Assembly: GCF_009914755.1 (NCBI RefSeq)
Contig: NC_060931.1
Origin: the human T2T-CHM13v2.0 reference genome, Homo sapiens
Length of the DNA: 64,000 nt
Strand: one strand, 5' to 3'
Shown here: one piece after another, positions 1-13,701 of the stretch
Layout of the letters: each line of letters opens with the position of its first letter
How positions within the stretch are numbered: the first letter of the stretch is position 1
Position numbers and translations under genes: made by a program
Notes under the pieces: generated by a model
Seen by the model: the letters and a program-made list of their open reading frames with translations, nothing else
Database searches by the model: none
Told to the model about the DNA's origin: nothing

Positions 1-637
1 GTGTGGCCTGTTTGAGGCACCACACAGAGCTTGCTGGAGCAGCTCTGTTGACCGCTGACCCTTGGCCTGCTAACTGAAACAAGGTGAGTATTTCTAAGGC
101 TGTCGTGGCCACGGGAGGACCGGAGAATAAATGTGGACCTATTTACATTCTCTTTTCCCTGAAGGTGATAAATGGCTTCCCCCATCCAAACCAGGCCCCT
201 CTAGGGCCTTTATTTGCTATTCTGGTTTTAAAAGGCAGACGGAGAATGTATTGAGTTATCTTTCAACTGTTTACTAGCAGAAGGGCAAAGATCAGATTAC
301 CAGCTCAGAGTGATTCATCTTTTCTCCCAAATCAAAGCCATATGTACACAGAGTCTGTGTACACATTAGTTCATTTCATTCATTCATCTAGGTCAGGAGA
401 GGGAGACCTGGGACAAAGGTCCCGCAGAAAGAGATGGAGGCATCAGGCCACAGACAGTGAGCAGCATGGGTTTTTCTCTGCCTCCACATTAGGACTTTAA
501 TGTTTTTTTTTTTTGTTTAAAAAAAACAAAACTGCCTGATTTCCTGTCAGGCCAACTAATGATGTTTTTTCCCCAGGTTTCTGGTATAGAGGATGTTTTA
601 ATTTGAGAGAAGTTTCCACCTACAAAAACACATATTT

Positions 638-933
638 GTCCGGGCATGGTGGCTCACGCCTGTAATCCCAGCACTTTGGGAGGCTGAGGCAGGAGGATCA
701 TGAGGTCAAGAGATCTAGACCATCCTGGCCAACATGGCGAAACCCCGTCTCTACTAAAAATAAAAAAATTAGCTGGGCATGGTGGCGCATGACTGTAGTC
801 CCAGCTACTTGGGAGGCTGAGGCAGGAGAATCTCTTGAACCCCGAGTTCAGAGTCAGTCAGTTGAGATCGCGCCACTGCATTTTAGCCTGGTGACAGAGC
901 GAGACTCCGTCTCAAAAAAACAAAAACAAAAAA
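638..933 (+). mobile_element. Alu (AluS-type)
   Basis: Dimeric Alu with A-tail. Confidence 0.9.
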
Positions 934-1448
934 CCACATTTATACCTTTGGAAACATTAAGCCTCCAACTGTGAGAACGAAGATTCATATTTAAAGGGAA
1001 ATGTGAGGTAATTCTGTGAATCTTAGACAGATTGATGGTACAAAATGGGAAGCGCCACCATCACTGATATTCTGAAATTATGGTTGACTGCAAATATCCA
1101 GAAAAGCATAAAAACAACATAATGAACGCCTATATTCTCACACACAAAACTGTAACATTTTGGCAGATTTTCATCAGCTCTTTTTCCTTAAGAAACAACA
1201 CACACAAGGATCATGGAAGCCTCTCCATGCTTCCCACCCTGTCCTTAAACTGATGTTTTTCATCCCCAGAATGACGCTACATTAATGCTACAGATGAATG
1301 GCTCCATAAACTATATATAGCAAAGTATTGAACTTTTGTTGATTACATCAGTCTCTAACAAGCTTTTTTCACTGAACATTATGTTTTTGCAATTTGATAA
1401 TGCCAACAGATGTAGCTACATCCATTTAACTAGTGTATTGCATTTTAT

Positions 1449-2230
1449 TGTTACCAAACCGAACTTGGGTCCACCCATCCTGGCACAGCAAAGCCAAACA
1501 CTGACAGTGGGATTTGCAGTGAAAAAAGTGAGGCATTTATAACAGGGCACCAAGCAAGGAGAACCGGATAGCTCTCGCCTAGGACCTAAACTCCCGAATG
1601 GCTTGAGTGTAAGGGTTTTTAAAGGTGGGAAGGCAGAAGTTACATGCAAAGTCATAAATCAATACATGGAGGTCTTACATTGGTTTGGCCAAAAAAGGTG
1701 GGATATCTTGAAGTGTGGGGCGAGGCACAGGTCATGGGTAGATTCAAAGATTTTCTGATTTGCGAATTGGTTAAGGGAGTGAAACTTTGTCTAAAGCCTA
1801 GGGGTCCACAGAAAGGAATGCTGAGCTCCGACCTGTAGGCATGACTTCCTCCAGGCCACTCAGGAAGAAATTCAGAACAAAAAATGGCAGTCAGAGTTCA
1901 GTCCCCAGTTCCTCTGTTATCTAAGGTCTATGTGCCAGCAGATGTCATTTTCCATTTGGTGGGAGTCCAGGTTTTTTGAAAACAACTCAGGGATATATAT
2001 TAAGATGTTGTCTTTAGTTTCTATGGGGAACCAAACATTTGGTGGCTCTAACTTCCTCGGCTATTGTCTTCAGCTATTGTTACCTCCTTGCTTATCAGGT
2101 TGCTCACTTACTCCTCAGGGCTAGCTAGGTGCCCGGAATTTCCCTCAAAGGAACTCAAGATTTTTCTTTATTTCCATGCTTGGTTGGGAAGAGTGGCAGG
2201 CCCCTCAAAGGGATCCCTGCTCTGTCTCCA
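1449..2230 (-). mobile_element. ERV1 solo LTR, MER4-group (MER49-like)
   Basis: TG...CA-type termini and MER4-like TACATTGGTTTGGCC...GGGATATCTTGAAG segment; subfamily uncertain. Confidence 0.6.
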
Positions 2231-2288
2231 TTTCACATGAATCATACAATTTAATCATGATGATGATAATGGATATTTGGGTGGCTTC

Positions 2289-2750
2289 TGTCAAGAACTG
2301 TGAAGAGGCTGACATTTCACTCACTACTTACAGATTCACAAGTGAGGCTGCTGCCCCAGTTTCATGGATGCTGGCAGAAGACTTAAGATTTCTGAATCAG
2401 AGACAGAAGACTTCATTTATTTGTCACAGCTAAAGCAATGGCCAGTGTCAGTGTATTTGCACTGGTGCCTCAAGCCCTGATGCCCACGGGGTGATGCAGA
2501 GACCCTATGACTCCCGCACATGCATTGGGTCAAGTCACAGTAGAGGACCACTGAGCTGGGCACCATGTGGACCTATAGCAGGCAGCAGGCAAGCCCTCTC
2601 CTTTGAGGTTCCTCCCTGCAACTACGACCCCGAAAAATGGATCCAGTAAAGAAGAGTCAAGGCTTTATAGTCTTGGTGCACCCAGTAAGACCTGTAGGAG
2701 AACAGGAAGCCTGTGGAGGACTGTTTCTTCCAAAAGTTTCCAAGTGTTAG
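2289..2750 (-). mobile_element. Old ERVL-class LTR fragment
   Basis: TGTCAAGAACTGTGAAG...TTTCATGGATGCTGGCAGAAGAC resembles ERVL LTR consensus. Confidence 0.45.
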
Positions 2751-3346
2751 CTCTTACACATGTATAAACAACACTGCAATTTGTCTCCTTGCACCGTACA
2801 TCCACGAAGCAGATTTGCTTCTTGCCAAATTATTTCCCTCAGTGATTTCAGGAACTGACAATTCCCAGTCGCATATAGGAATTTTCTTGCGTCTTCTTTT
2901 CCTGACTAACTCTTGCGTTGTCAGACACTTTCATTTGTGCTAAGCTGATAAGTATCAAACGATGATGCAGGCTATTCATTATGTGTGTCCTTGATTACTG
3001 ATGAGTTTGAGCAATTGTCATTTGTTGGACTGATCGTTCAATTTCCTCTTCGGTCCTTGGCCTTTTCATATATTTTGCCTTTTCTTGTAGGTGTGTCCTT
3101 TTCAAATTGATTTTTTTGGTGTTTTTGGTATATCCTGTGTACTAATTCTTTGTCATTTATATGCATTAATAATATCTCCTTTCACTGTGTGGCTTGTCTT
3201 CTCAATTTGTTTTTGGGTTTTTGTTTCAGAGAACATTTTATAAGCTTTAAATAATAAAGTTTATTTATTTTTAATTATTTTGATTTTGCTTTTGCATCTT
3301 GTTTAAGAAACCCTGTCCTACTTATAAATAAGGCCATAATTATTAT

Positions 3347-3349
3347 TCT

Positions 3350-3396
<47 letters not shown>

Positions 3397-3646
3397 TTTT
3401 GAGACAGAGTCTCGCTCTGTTGCCCAGGCTGGAGTGCAGTGGCGTGATCTCGGCTCACTGCAGCCTCTGCCTCCCAGGTTGAAGTGACTCTCCTGCCTCA
3501 GCCTCCTGAGTAGCTGGGACCACAGGCACACGACACCCTACCTGGCTAATTTTGTATTTTTAGTAGAGATGGGGTTTCACCATGTTGGCCAGGGTGGTCT
3601 CAATCTCCTGACCTCATGATCTACCTGCCTCAGCCTCCCAAAGTGC
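3347..3646 (-). mobile_element. Alu, 5'-truncated, with (TTTA)n tail at 3347-3400
   Basis: Antisense Alu whose tail has become a microsatellite. Confidence 0.9.
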
Positions 3647-3677
3647 CTTATTTTTCTTTTTAAAATATAAAACTTAC

Positions 3678-4011
<334 letters not shown>

Positions 4012-4189
4012 ATATGAAAGTTTTGCATTTTTCATTTAGGTCATCAATACATGGGGAACTTAACCTCTTATGCAGGGTGAGGTATGAATCTAATTTATTT
4101 TTACATGTGGACAACCAGTTGTCTCATCAACTTTCGGTGGATGCTCCTTCCTTCCCTGCGGACATGTAAAATATTCATTCCGTCGTATC

Positions 4190-5355
<1,166 letters not shown>

Positions 5356-6088
5356 AAAGCAAAATTTTCCATTGGGAAGGATAAAATCTTTTTTGGTAAT
5401 AGTTGCACTGAGTTGAGATCTAAGTCTTTCCATTTTGCTATCATTATAAAAATTATCTTAGCTATTCTTGGCCCTTTCTTTTCCCATTTGAATTTTATGA
5501 TCAATGTACCAAGTTTCACATAGACCTGCATTGGAATTTTGATTGGAAATGCATTGAATTTATACATTCATTTGACATGAACACCATCCATAAATATGGG
5601 ACGTCTTTCTATTCAGGTTTAAAGTTTTTCAGTAAACATTGGGTTTTTTTTTTAAATGAAAGATATGTACATGTTTTCCTAGATTTACTAGGTACACTCA
5701 TAATTTTCTTTTTGTTGTTGTTCCCCCACAGTGAATAAGATCTTTTCCTTTTGCATTTTCTAATTGTTGGTGTATAGGAATAGTACTCATTTTTTATGTC
5801 GATCTTCTAAGATGCTTTCTTAGTTGACTGTCTTGATTTGGGGAGGAAGGTAGGCAAGTATGTCGTCTGCAACTGAGGACTGTTTGTTTGGTTTCTTCGT
5901 CTTCTCTTCTTATCCTTTCTGCACCTTATTCCATTGGCTTTATCTTACTGGTTGATTGCATTTTTTTTTATTACATTGGTTTTCAACCTACAGGATACAT
6001 GCGGAAATAGCAGACATCCATGTCCTGTCCTCTGTTTTCCTAGGAATGCTTCCAAGATTGTACCATTCAGTATGATGTCTGCTAATGA

Positions 6089-6568
<480 letters not shown>

Positions 6569-7074
6569 TAGTTTTATACACTGCTGAATTTGATTTGTAT
6601 TTTAAGATATTTGAGATTATGTTTATTAGTAAGAGGGGTCTATCATTTTCATTTTTGTATGATGTTCTTAAGTTTTTAAAAAAACCAGATTATACTAGTT
6701 TCATAGAACAAGTTGCTAAAGTTTACCTCTTTTTTTAATTCTCTGGGAGAATTTGTACGAGATAAAGAGATCTGTTTTTTGAATGTCTGGTAAAATTTGC
6801 TTGTAAAAATGCTCTAGGAATTTTGAGTACCATTAGATTTCTAATTCTATATATTTAATGTCTATGGTTTACATTTCCTATTTTCCTTCTCAAATTGTTT
6901 ATATTTTCTAGAAAATGTCATTTAGGTTTTCAAATGTATTGAAATAAAGTTGTTCATAGGATTATCTTACTAATTTTTTAATCTTTATGATGTCTGAATT
7001 TGCTGTTTTATGCTTTTTTTGTTATTTTTCTCATTATTTCTAAATCAACTCTGCTAGAAATCTATCTGCTTTAG

Positions 7075-7466
<392 letters not shown>

Positions 7467-9159
7467 ATATTTCTATGTTCTTTATGTTTGTTTGATTTAT
7501 CTTCCTCTAAGTTCTTGAGTTGCATTTTAAGTTATTTATTTTTAAACTTTCCTGGTTTTAAATAAACATATTTAAAATATAATTTTCCTTCTAAATACTG
7601 ATTGAGATGCATCATATACTTTAGTTTGCATTGTGATTTTTCTCTGTAATTCATGAGTTTTTTCAGAGTTATTTTAAATTTTCAGTGACATGACTGTTTT
7701 CAAATTATCTTTTTACCTTTTGTATATCTAATTGGTCACATTGTGGTAAGAGAATGACTTCCAGATAACATCAGTTTCCTGAAATTTTGTTCAGAGTTCT
7801 TTCTACAAGGTGTCATGTGAGAAACTCCTTTTCAAAATTAATGCTGGACTGTGAGCTCCGAAATCCACATTTGTTCATTCACTGCAGTGTTCCAAGCAGC
7901 CTGGGCGGCGCCTAGGGGTGCATGCCCAATGGTGTGATGGCAGCCAGTGTGTGTTTTCCACTAGAGAGCTCTCTAACAGCAAGGGCTGTGTCTGCCGCAG
8001 TCTTTTCTTCATCTTGGCCATCAGCAGCTTAACTTCAGTGATTAATTTTCCTCCTGGGGTCATTTGTTTTTCTTTCCATGACTTTTTATTAACTACTGTG
8101 TAGTCTGGACATCCTTCTTTATACACTGTCTTGATTTAGGTTTTCAATGGAGAGAGGCCAGGTAGAAAGGGAAATAGAAAAACAGAACTCACTCCTATTC
8201 ACAATGAAAGTATTTTTATAAAAACAAAAATAAAGCCTTAAGCAATTTTTCCACTTGTCTCATATGTGACTATACAACCAGATTCCTAGAAAATGTCCCT
8301 GCTTTTCTCATTCTTCTCCCTGTGGTGTGGAAACAGGATCCCAGGTCTAAAGGATGAAAACTCTCAGGGCGCAGGTTAAAACTGGATGAAGGGAGCCCAG
8401 TGGCATCAGCTGGCTGTGCCCTGGTGGGTCACACAGCTAAGGTCAGCAAGAATAGAATTTAATTACATATTTTACACAATGGGATGGAATGAAAGACTGT
8501 TTTGAGGAAATAATAGTTTATCAAAGAAGTGGAGAAATGCCCATGGGAGAAGCACGTTCAGAGCAGGCACGGAATGGATAGATTTCAGAAGGAATTTAGC
8601 TGTCACTGGTTCGAGGCCAGGCCACTCCCCTCTAAGCAGGCTCTTATAGCAAGGAGCTGCTAGGACCTGGATGTGTGGTGAAAAAACAAAGTGGTTGTCG
8701 GTGCAGAATTTCACAGTTAACAAATCACTTTAATACAAACAATCTCATGAACTCCTCTCACGCCTATGGGAAAATGTTAATTGTGTTTATTTTGTGAAGT
8801 TGCATATTAGCTTAGTTTCTCTGAGCCCAATGTGAGCCCCAAACTGTATAAAAACATGCATTCAGCCCCTCTACCACCTCTATGCAACTTTACTTGCTAA
8901 AAATGTGTGACATTCCGAAGTTCTAAAATGGCCAGGGTGACCAGTCATTCCCAAACATTGCTAGAAATCAACGTGACCAATGGGGGCAAATGCAGCAATT
9001 GATACAATAACATCCTCATTTCTCCAGATTTGGTGTGACAGTTCCTTTCACGCCTTCCCCCTTGGGTTGGTTCCCTAATAATGTTCCCCTACAGAACCTT
9101 CTCCCAGGTCCACTTGCCTCAGTAAGGACACACATGGACTGTGCGTTGGAGAGTTAGCC

Positions 9160-9310
9160 AGTGACTTACTCCCTGTGTGACCTTGGGCAAGGTGCTTAAC
9201 CACCCTTGGACCTCAGTTTACTCATCTGTGAAATGGATGATAATAACAGAGTGGTGAAGAGTGAATGAGCTGAAGCAGTAGCCCTTAGAAGATGCACTGG
9301 CACATAACGG
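9160..9310 (+). mobile_element. MIR
   Basis: Core TGTGTGACCTTGGGCAAG...CCTCAGTTT.CTCATCTGT. Confidence 0.75.
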
Positions 9311-9418
9311 CATTTCCCTTTCCACAGCAGCCACTTGCCCTCTCTAGCCTCTGTTTCCTGTGAAGTGGGGTTAGTAAAAGCTGTGCCCCGAAGAGCTCTT
9401 GTAAAAGAGGGAGGCTTC

Positions 9419-9895
9419 TGTGGGAGGCAGGTCAATCGCTCCTCCCAGACCTCCACAGCCTGACCCTTGGTACTTACGTTTCCTACATAACAAAGGGGAT
9501 AAGGCTGCAGATGGAATTAAGGCTGTTCGTCAGCCACCTTAAGATGAGAGATTATCCTAGATTATCCAGCAGGCCCAATGTAAACACAAGGGTCCTTATT
9601 AGTGGAGGCAGGAGGCAAGAGTTGGTGTCAGAGTGATGGGATGTGAGAAGGACTCAACCTACCACTGCTGGCCTTGAAGATGGAGGAAGGGGCCATGAGC
9701 CAAGAATTGCAGGTGGCCTCTGGAGGCCAGAAAATGCAAAGAAATGGACTCTGCCCTAGAGCTTTCAGAAGGAACATTGCCCTCATGGCAGCTTGATTTT
9801 TGTTCAGTGAGACTCCTTCAGACTTCTGGCCTCCAGAACTGTAAGATGACACATTAGTGTTTTAAACACTAAGTTTGTGGTAACTTGATACTGCA
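9419..9895 (+). mobile_element. MLT1 (MaLR) solo LTR, MLT1D-like
   Basis: GAGATTATCCTAGATTATCC...GAAGATGGAGGAAGGGGCCATGAGCCAAG...CTTCTGGCCTCCAGAACTGTAAGA. Confidence 0.75.
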
Positions 9896-11119
9896 GTCTA
9901 GCAGGGTGCCTTGCTCAGGTAACCTCCTATATGTGATGCTGTCACCATGTTCATTACCATCACCATTGTGGGCCTAAGGTATGCAGAAGTGAAAGTTATC
10001 CCAAAGGTTTTCACAGTGGCTCATTCTGTAACGCAGCCTCATTTTAAGACTGTCTGATCTCCATGATACATCACCTCCTCATCCAGACCACCCAGAGCAT
10101 GTGAGAAGAGCCACTCTTGAAGCTCCTCGGGCATGCTTAACCCTGCTAACCTGCGTTCTGTGTGCTATGGGAAAGGCAGCAGCCCGCCAGTGTCACCTCT
10201 GTTGGGATTCGTTCTACCTCCCTATACAGAACTCACTGCTGGACTTACTGCTTCCCCTCCTAAAACAGCTGCCTGTAAAAGGGGCATGGGTCTTGCTTTC
10301 TTTGTATTTTTCAAAGCTCTTGAACATGGTGAGTGCTCCATGAAAGTATTTGGAATGAAAAAATCCATGAAAAGAGTCTGTCAAAGCATAGCTGATGGAA
10401 TGAAACAAGATACAACTGGATGAAGATGTATGTTGTGATGCCTTATTACTTCACTGGGGAAGGGAAGAGTCTTCTCCAAACCACCCAACCACCTGGCAGC
10501 CCTGGCTCATGCAGAGGTCTCCAGTCTGGATGCGCTCTCACTGTCCATCAATGTGGAAATGAGGCAAAGCCTGCCAATCATACAATCTACTCCCTGAGGA
10601 GACCTGTACATTCTCAAATACATAAACGCACACAGAGAATTCGTATTAGCTTCGGTCAAATCAATGACACAGAGATGCCATATGTCATCAGGCACTGTGC
10701 TACATGCTTTACACAAACTCTTTGAGGCAGGTTCCATTATACTCCCATTTTGCCCATGAGTTAATTGTGGATTAAGATGGCCATGCCCCTTGCTCAGTTT
10801 CTACATAACGAATGATTACACTAAAAATCTTTCCCAGGTCTGCTTGCCAGACCCCCTACCCCTGTCCTTTCCCAGTGTGCAGCCCCAGGCCTTCGGGGAG
10901 GCCACAGCACGGTGTGTTTCCATGACACTGGAGGCACCTCCATCCCATCCATCCACTTCTACCCACTGTCACTGATATGCATGCCAAACCAGGCATATTG
11001 AAACTATTTAGAATCCAAAAATATAGCATGCACTCCAAACTTAATAATCTCCTTAGCAAATTCTGATCTGAGCACGTAGGTTTTTAAATGGATTCCAAAA
11101 CAGCCGCCCAGATAACTTC

Positions 11120-11652
11120 GAAGTTCAGTTTGAATAACCATTTTATATTGAATTAGTAAATCAGGAAAGATGCGTTATTAATCTAGCAAGATTCAATTGT
11201 TAAATTTACAAAATAAGGATTTTACTTCAAAAATCTTATTTAAATATTAGAATGTTATCCTGGTCTCTTTCATCGCTTTTATGAGACCTGAAAGAAATTT
11301 CACAAGATACAAGGCTTTTAATACTCAGACAGATTCAGTAAAACAAACAAATAAGACAATATGTAACTCTAGGGCAACTGGCAAATTAACCATTTGGGAG
11401 AAGGCTGGAGTTAGAATCTTGTCCCACATCTGAACTCTCCGAATGGTGATTATGAGTAACAGTCTGATGACAGATAAACCTTGATTTTCATCCTGGTTTC
11501 CCATTTACTTGTTACGTGAACTGGAAAAATTAACAAAACTTCTTCGTACCTCAGCTCTTCTCACCTGCAAAACTAGGATGTCTGCTAAAATTGGCTGTTG
11601 GGTGGGTTAAGCAAAACAGGGTCCATAGTGCCTATGCAAGGTACCAGGCTCC
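11120..11652 (-). other. PKD1L1: PKD1L1 3' UTR (end approximate)
   Basis: Follows the TGA stop; AATATAAAA variant poly(A) signal on the minus strand at 11141-11149. Confidence 0.6.
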
Positions 11653-11679
11653 TCAGAAGTCCTTGATGTCTGCTGGCTA
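11455..11679 (+). mobile_element. MIR overlapping the PKD1L1 terminal exon in antisense
   Basis: Core-like CCATTTACTTGTTACGTGAACT...CCTCAGCTCTTCTCACCTGCAAAA; the 3' part aligns without gaps to the recalled MIR end. Confidence 0.65.
11653..11676 (-). CDS. PKD1L1: PKD1L1 terminal coding exon (~57): PADIKDF*
   Basis: Acceptor tttttctttttag followed by CCA GCA GAC ATC AAG GAC TTC TGA; matches recalled C-terminus ...QAAEPADIKDF. Confidence 0.88.
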   Translation of the reverse strand, partial: PADIKDF

Positions 11680-11699
11680 AAAAGAAAAAATGAAAAACA

Positions 11700-12900
11700 T
11701 ACTGAAACAACACCCCTCTCTCAGTGATTGACAGAACAAATAGGCAGAAAGGCAGCAAGTGCTGATCAGACCTGAACACCACCATCAGCTAACTTGACCA
11801 AGGTGACATTTACAGAACACTTTGCTCAACAACAGCAGAATACAAATATTTTAAAGTTCAAATGAAACATCTGCCAAGTTAGATCATATTTTGGGCCATT
11901 AAAACAAGCTTCAATAACATTCAAACGATTCAAGACACAGGATGTTCTCTGACCACAGCAGAATAAAATTAGAAATCAGCTACATAAGGACATCAGGAAA
12001 ATCTCAAAATACATACAAACTAAATAATATACTTCCAAATCACCCATGAATCAAAGAATAAATCAAAAGGGAAATTAGAAAGTATTTTTATCTCAATAAA
12101 AATGAAAACATATCATTTTCATTCAGGGATGAATGCTAACGCAATACTCCGAGAGAAATCTGTAGCACTAAATGCCTATATTAAAAGAAGAAAGGTCTTA
12201 AATGACCTTAGCTCTTATGTGAAAGACTATAAAAAGAAAAACAACTTAAACTCAAAGTAAACAGAAAAAAGTAAATAATAAATAAATACTAAAGATCAAA
12301 GCAGAAACCAGTGCTGTAGATAACAGAAAAAAAAAAAAAATAGAGAAAACGAATGAAACCAAAAGCTAGTTCCTTGAGAAGATCAATTAAATTGACAAGC
12401 CTCTAGCCAGGATGATAACAACATATCAAAGACACAAATATGTTGTCTTTGAATAACAACAACAACAAAGACACAAATTGCCAATATCAGGAATGAGAGA
12501 GGTGACAACACTACACTTTTTACAGATAAAGGATAAAATGGAAATATTATGAACAACTTATTCCTATACATTTCACAGCTGAGATGAAATAGAAAAATTC
12601 CTTAATGATACACATTACCAAAGTTATCTCAAAAAGAAATAGATAAGCTGTATAGTCCTATACTTCTTTAAAAATTGAATTCATAGTTAAAAAGTTTCTA
12701 ATAAAAAACTTCAATTCTAGATGGCATCTCTGGTGAATTCTATCAAACATTTAAGAAAGAAATAGTTCCAATTCTAGTCAAACCCATCCGGAAAACTGAA
12801 GCAGAGAGAATATTTCCAAATTTATTCTAGGAGGACAGCGTTATCCTGATACTAATATGAGATAAAGACATTACAAGAACAGTAACAAAAAAACAAAACC
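11700..12900 (+). mobile_element. L1 ORF2 fragment (old L1M)
   Basis: A-rich endonuclease/RT-region sequence (CAACAACAGCAGAATACA, TTCTCTGACCACA, TCTGGTGAATTCTATCAAACATTTAAG). Confidence 0.8.
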
Positions 12901-13386
12901 CAGGGTCCCCCATTGTCACTGGCTGCTTCTCCCTTGAGGAATTCTCCTCCAGGTCTCTCAGCTCCAGCTCTGATGCACCCTGATTTGCTCCAGCAGCTGA
13001 CTCAGCATGGCCCCAAGCCTAGCGCATCTCCACACCTGTTTGCTCATTTGCTTTTACTGGATTGTGAGATGGCTGAGGAATTTTTTTCTTCATACCCCAG
13101 TGCTGAGAATGTAGTAGGTATTTGGTAAATATTATAGGATTCAGTTTTGAAGCTGGGAGGTAGGTTGAACATAAGTGTTACCAGAATCCAATTCAACCTG
13201 GAATGCTGTGATAAACATAGGAAGTCTAACAGGAATAATAATGAACTGTATTTATGACCACGCAATAAATAGCACCATTATGGAGAGAAAGGTACAGGAG
13301 CAAAGACATTGCTCCGCAATAAAATTTAAGGATGGGTAGGGAGGTGTTGAGACCTCCAAAGATCCTACTGGTTGACACTTAAATTC

Positions 13387-13701
13387 TTTTTTATTTTTAT
13401 TTATTTATTTATTTTTTTTGAGAAGGAGTCTTGCTCTGTCACACAGGCTGGAGTGTAGTGGTGCAATCTTGGGTCACTGCAACATCCGCCTCCCAGGTTC
13501 AATCAATTCTCCCGCCTCAGCTTCCTGAGTAGCTGGGATTACAAGCATGCGCCACCACATTCAACTAATTTTTGTATTTTTAGTAGAGATGGGGTTTTGC
13601 CATGTTGGCCAGGCCGGCCTGGAAATCCCAGCCTCAAGTGATCCGTCCACTTCAGACTCCCAAAGTGCTGGGATTACAGGCGCGAGCCACCACACCCGGC
13701 T
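13387..13701 (-). mobile_element. Alu
   Basis: Antisense Alu; TSD GACACTTAAATTCT. Confidence 0.9.

Larger units (their letters stand above)
1..3280 (+). ncRNA. LINC00525: Probable 3' portion of lncRNA LINC00525
   Basis: Consensus donor AAG|GTGAGT at 83/84 and AATAAA at 3253-3258; position ~8 kb beyond the PKD1L1 3' end fits recalled gene order. Internal exon boundaries not resolved. Confidence 0.45.
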
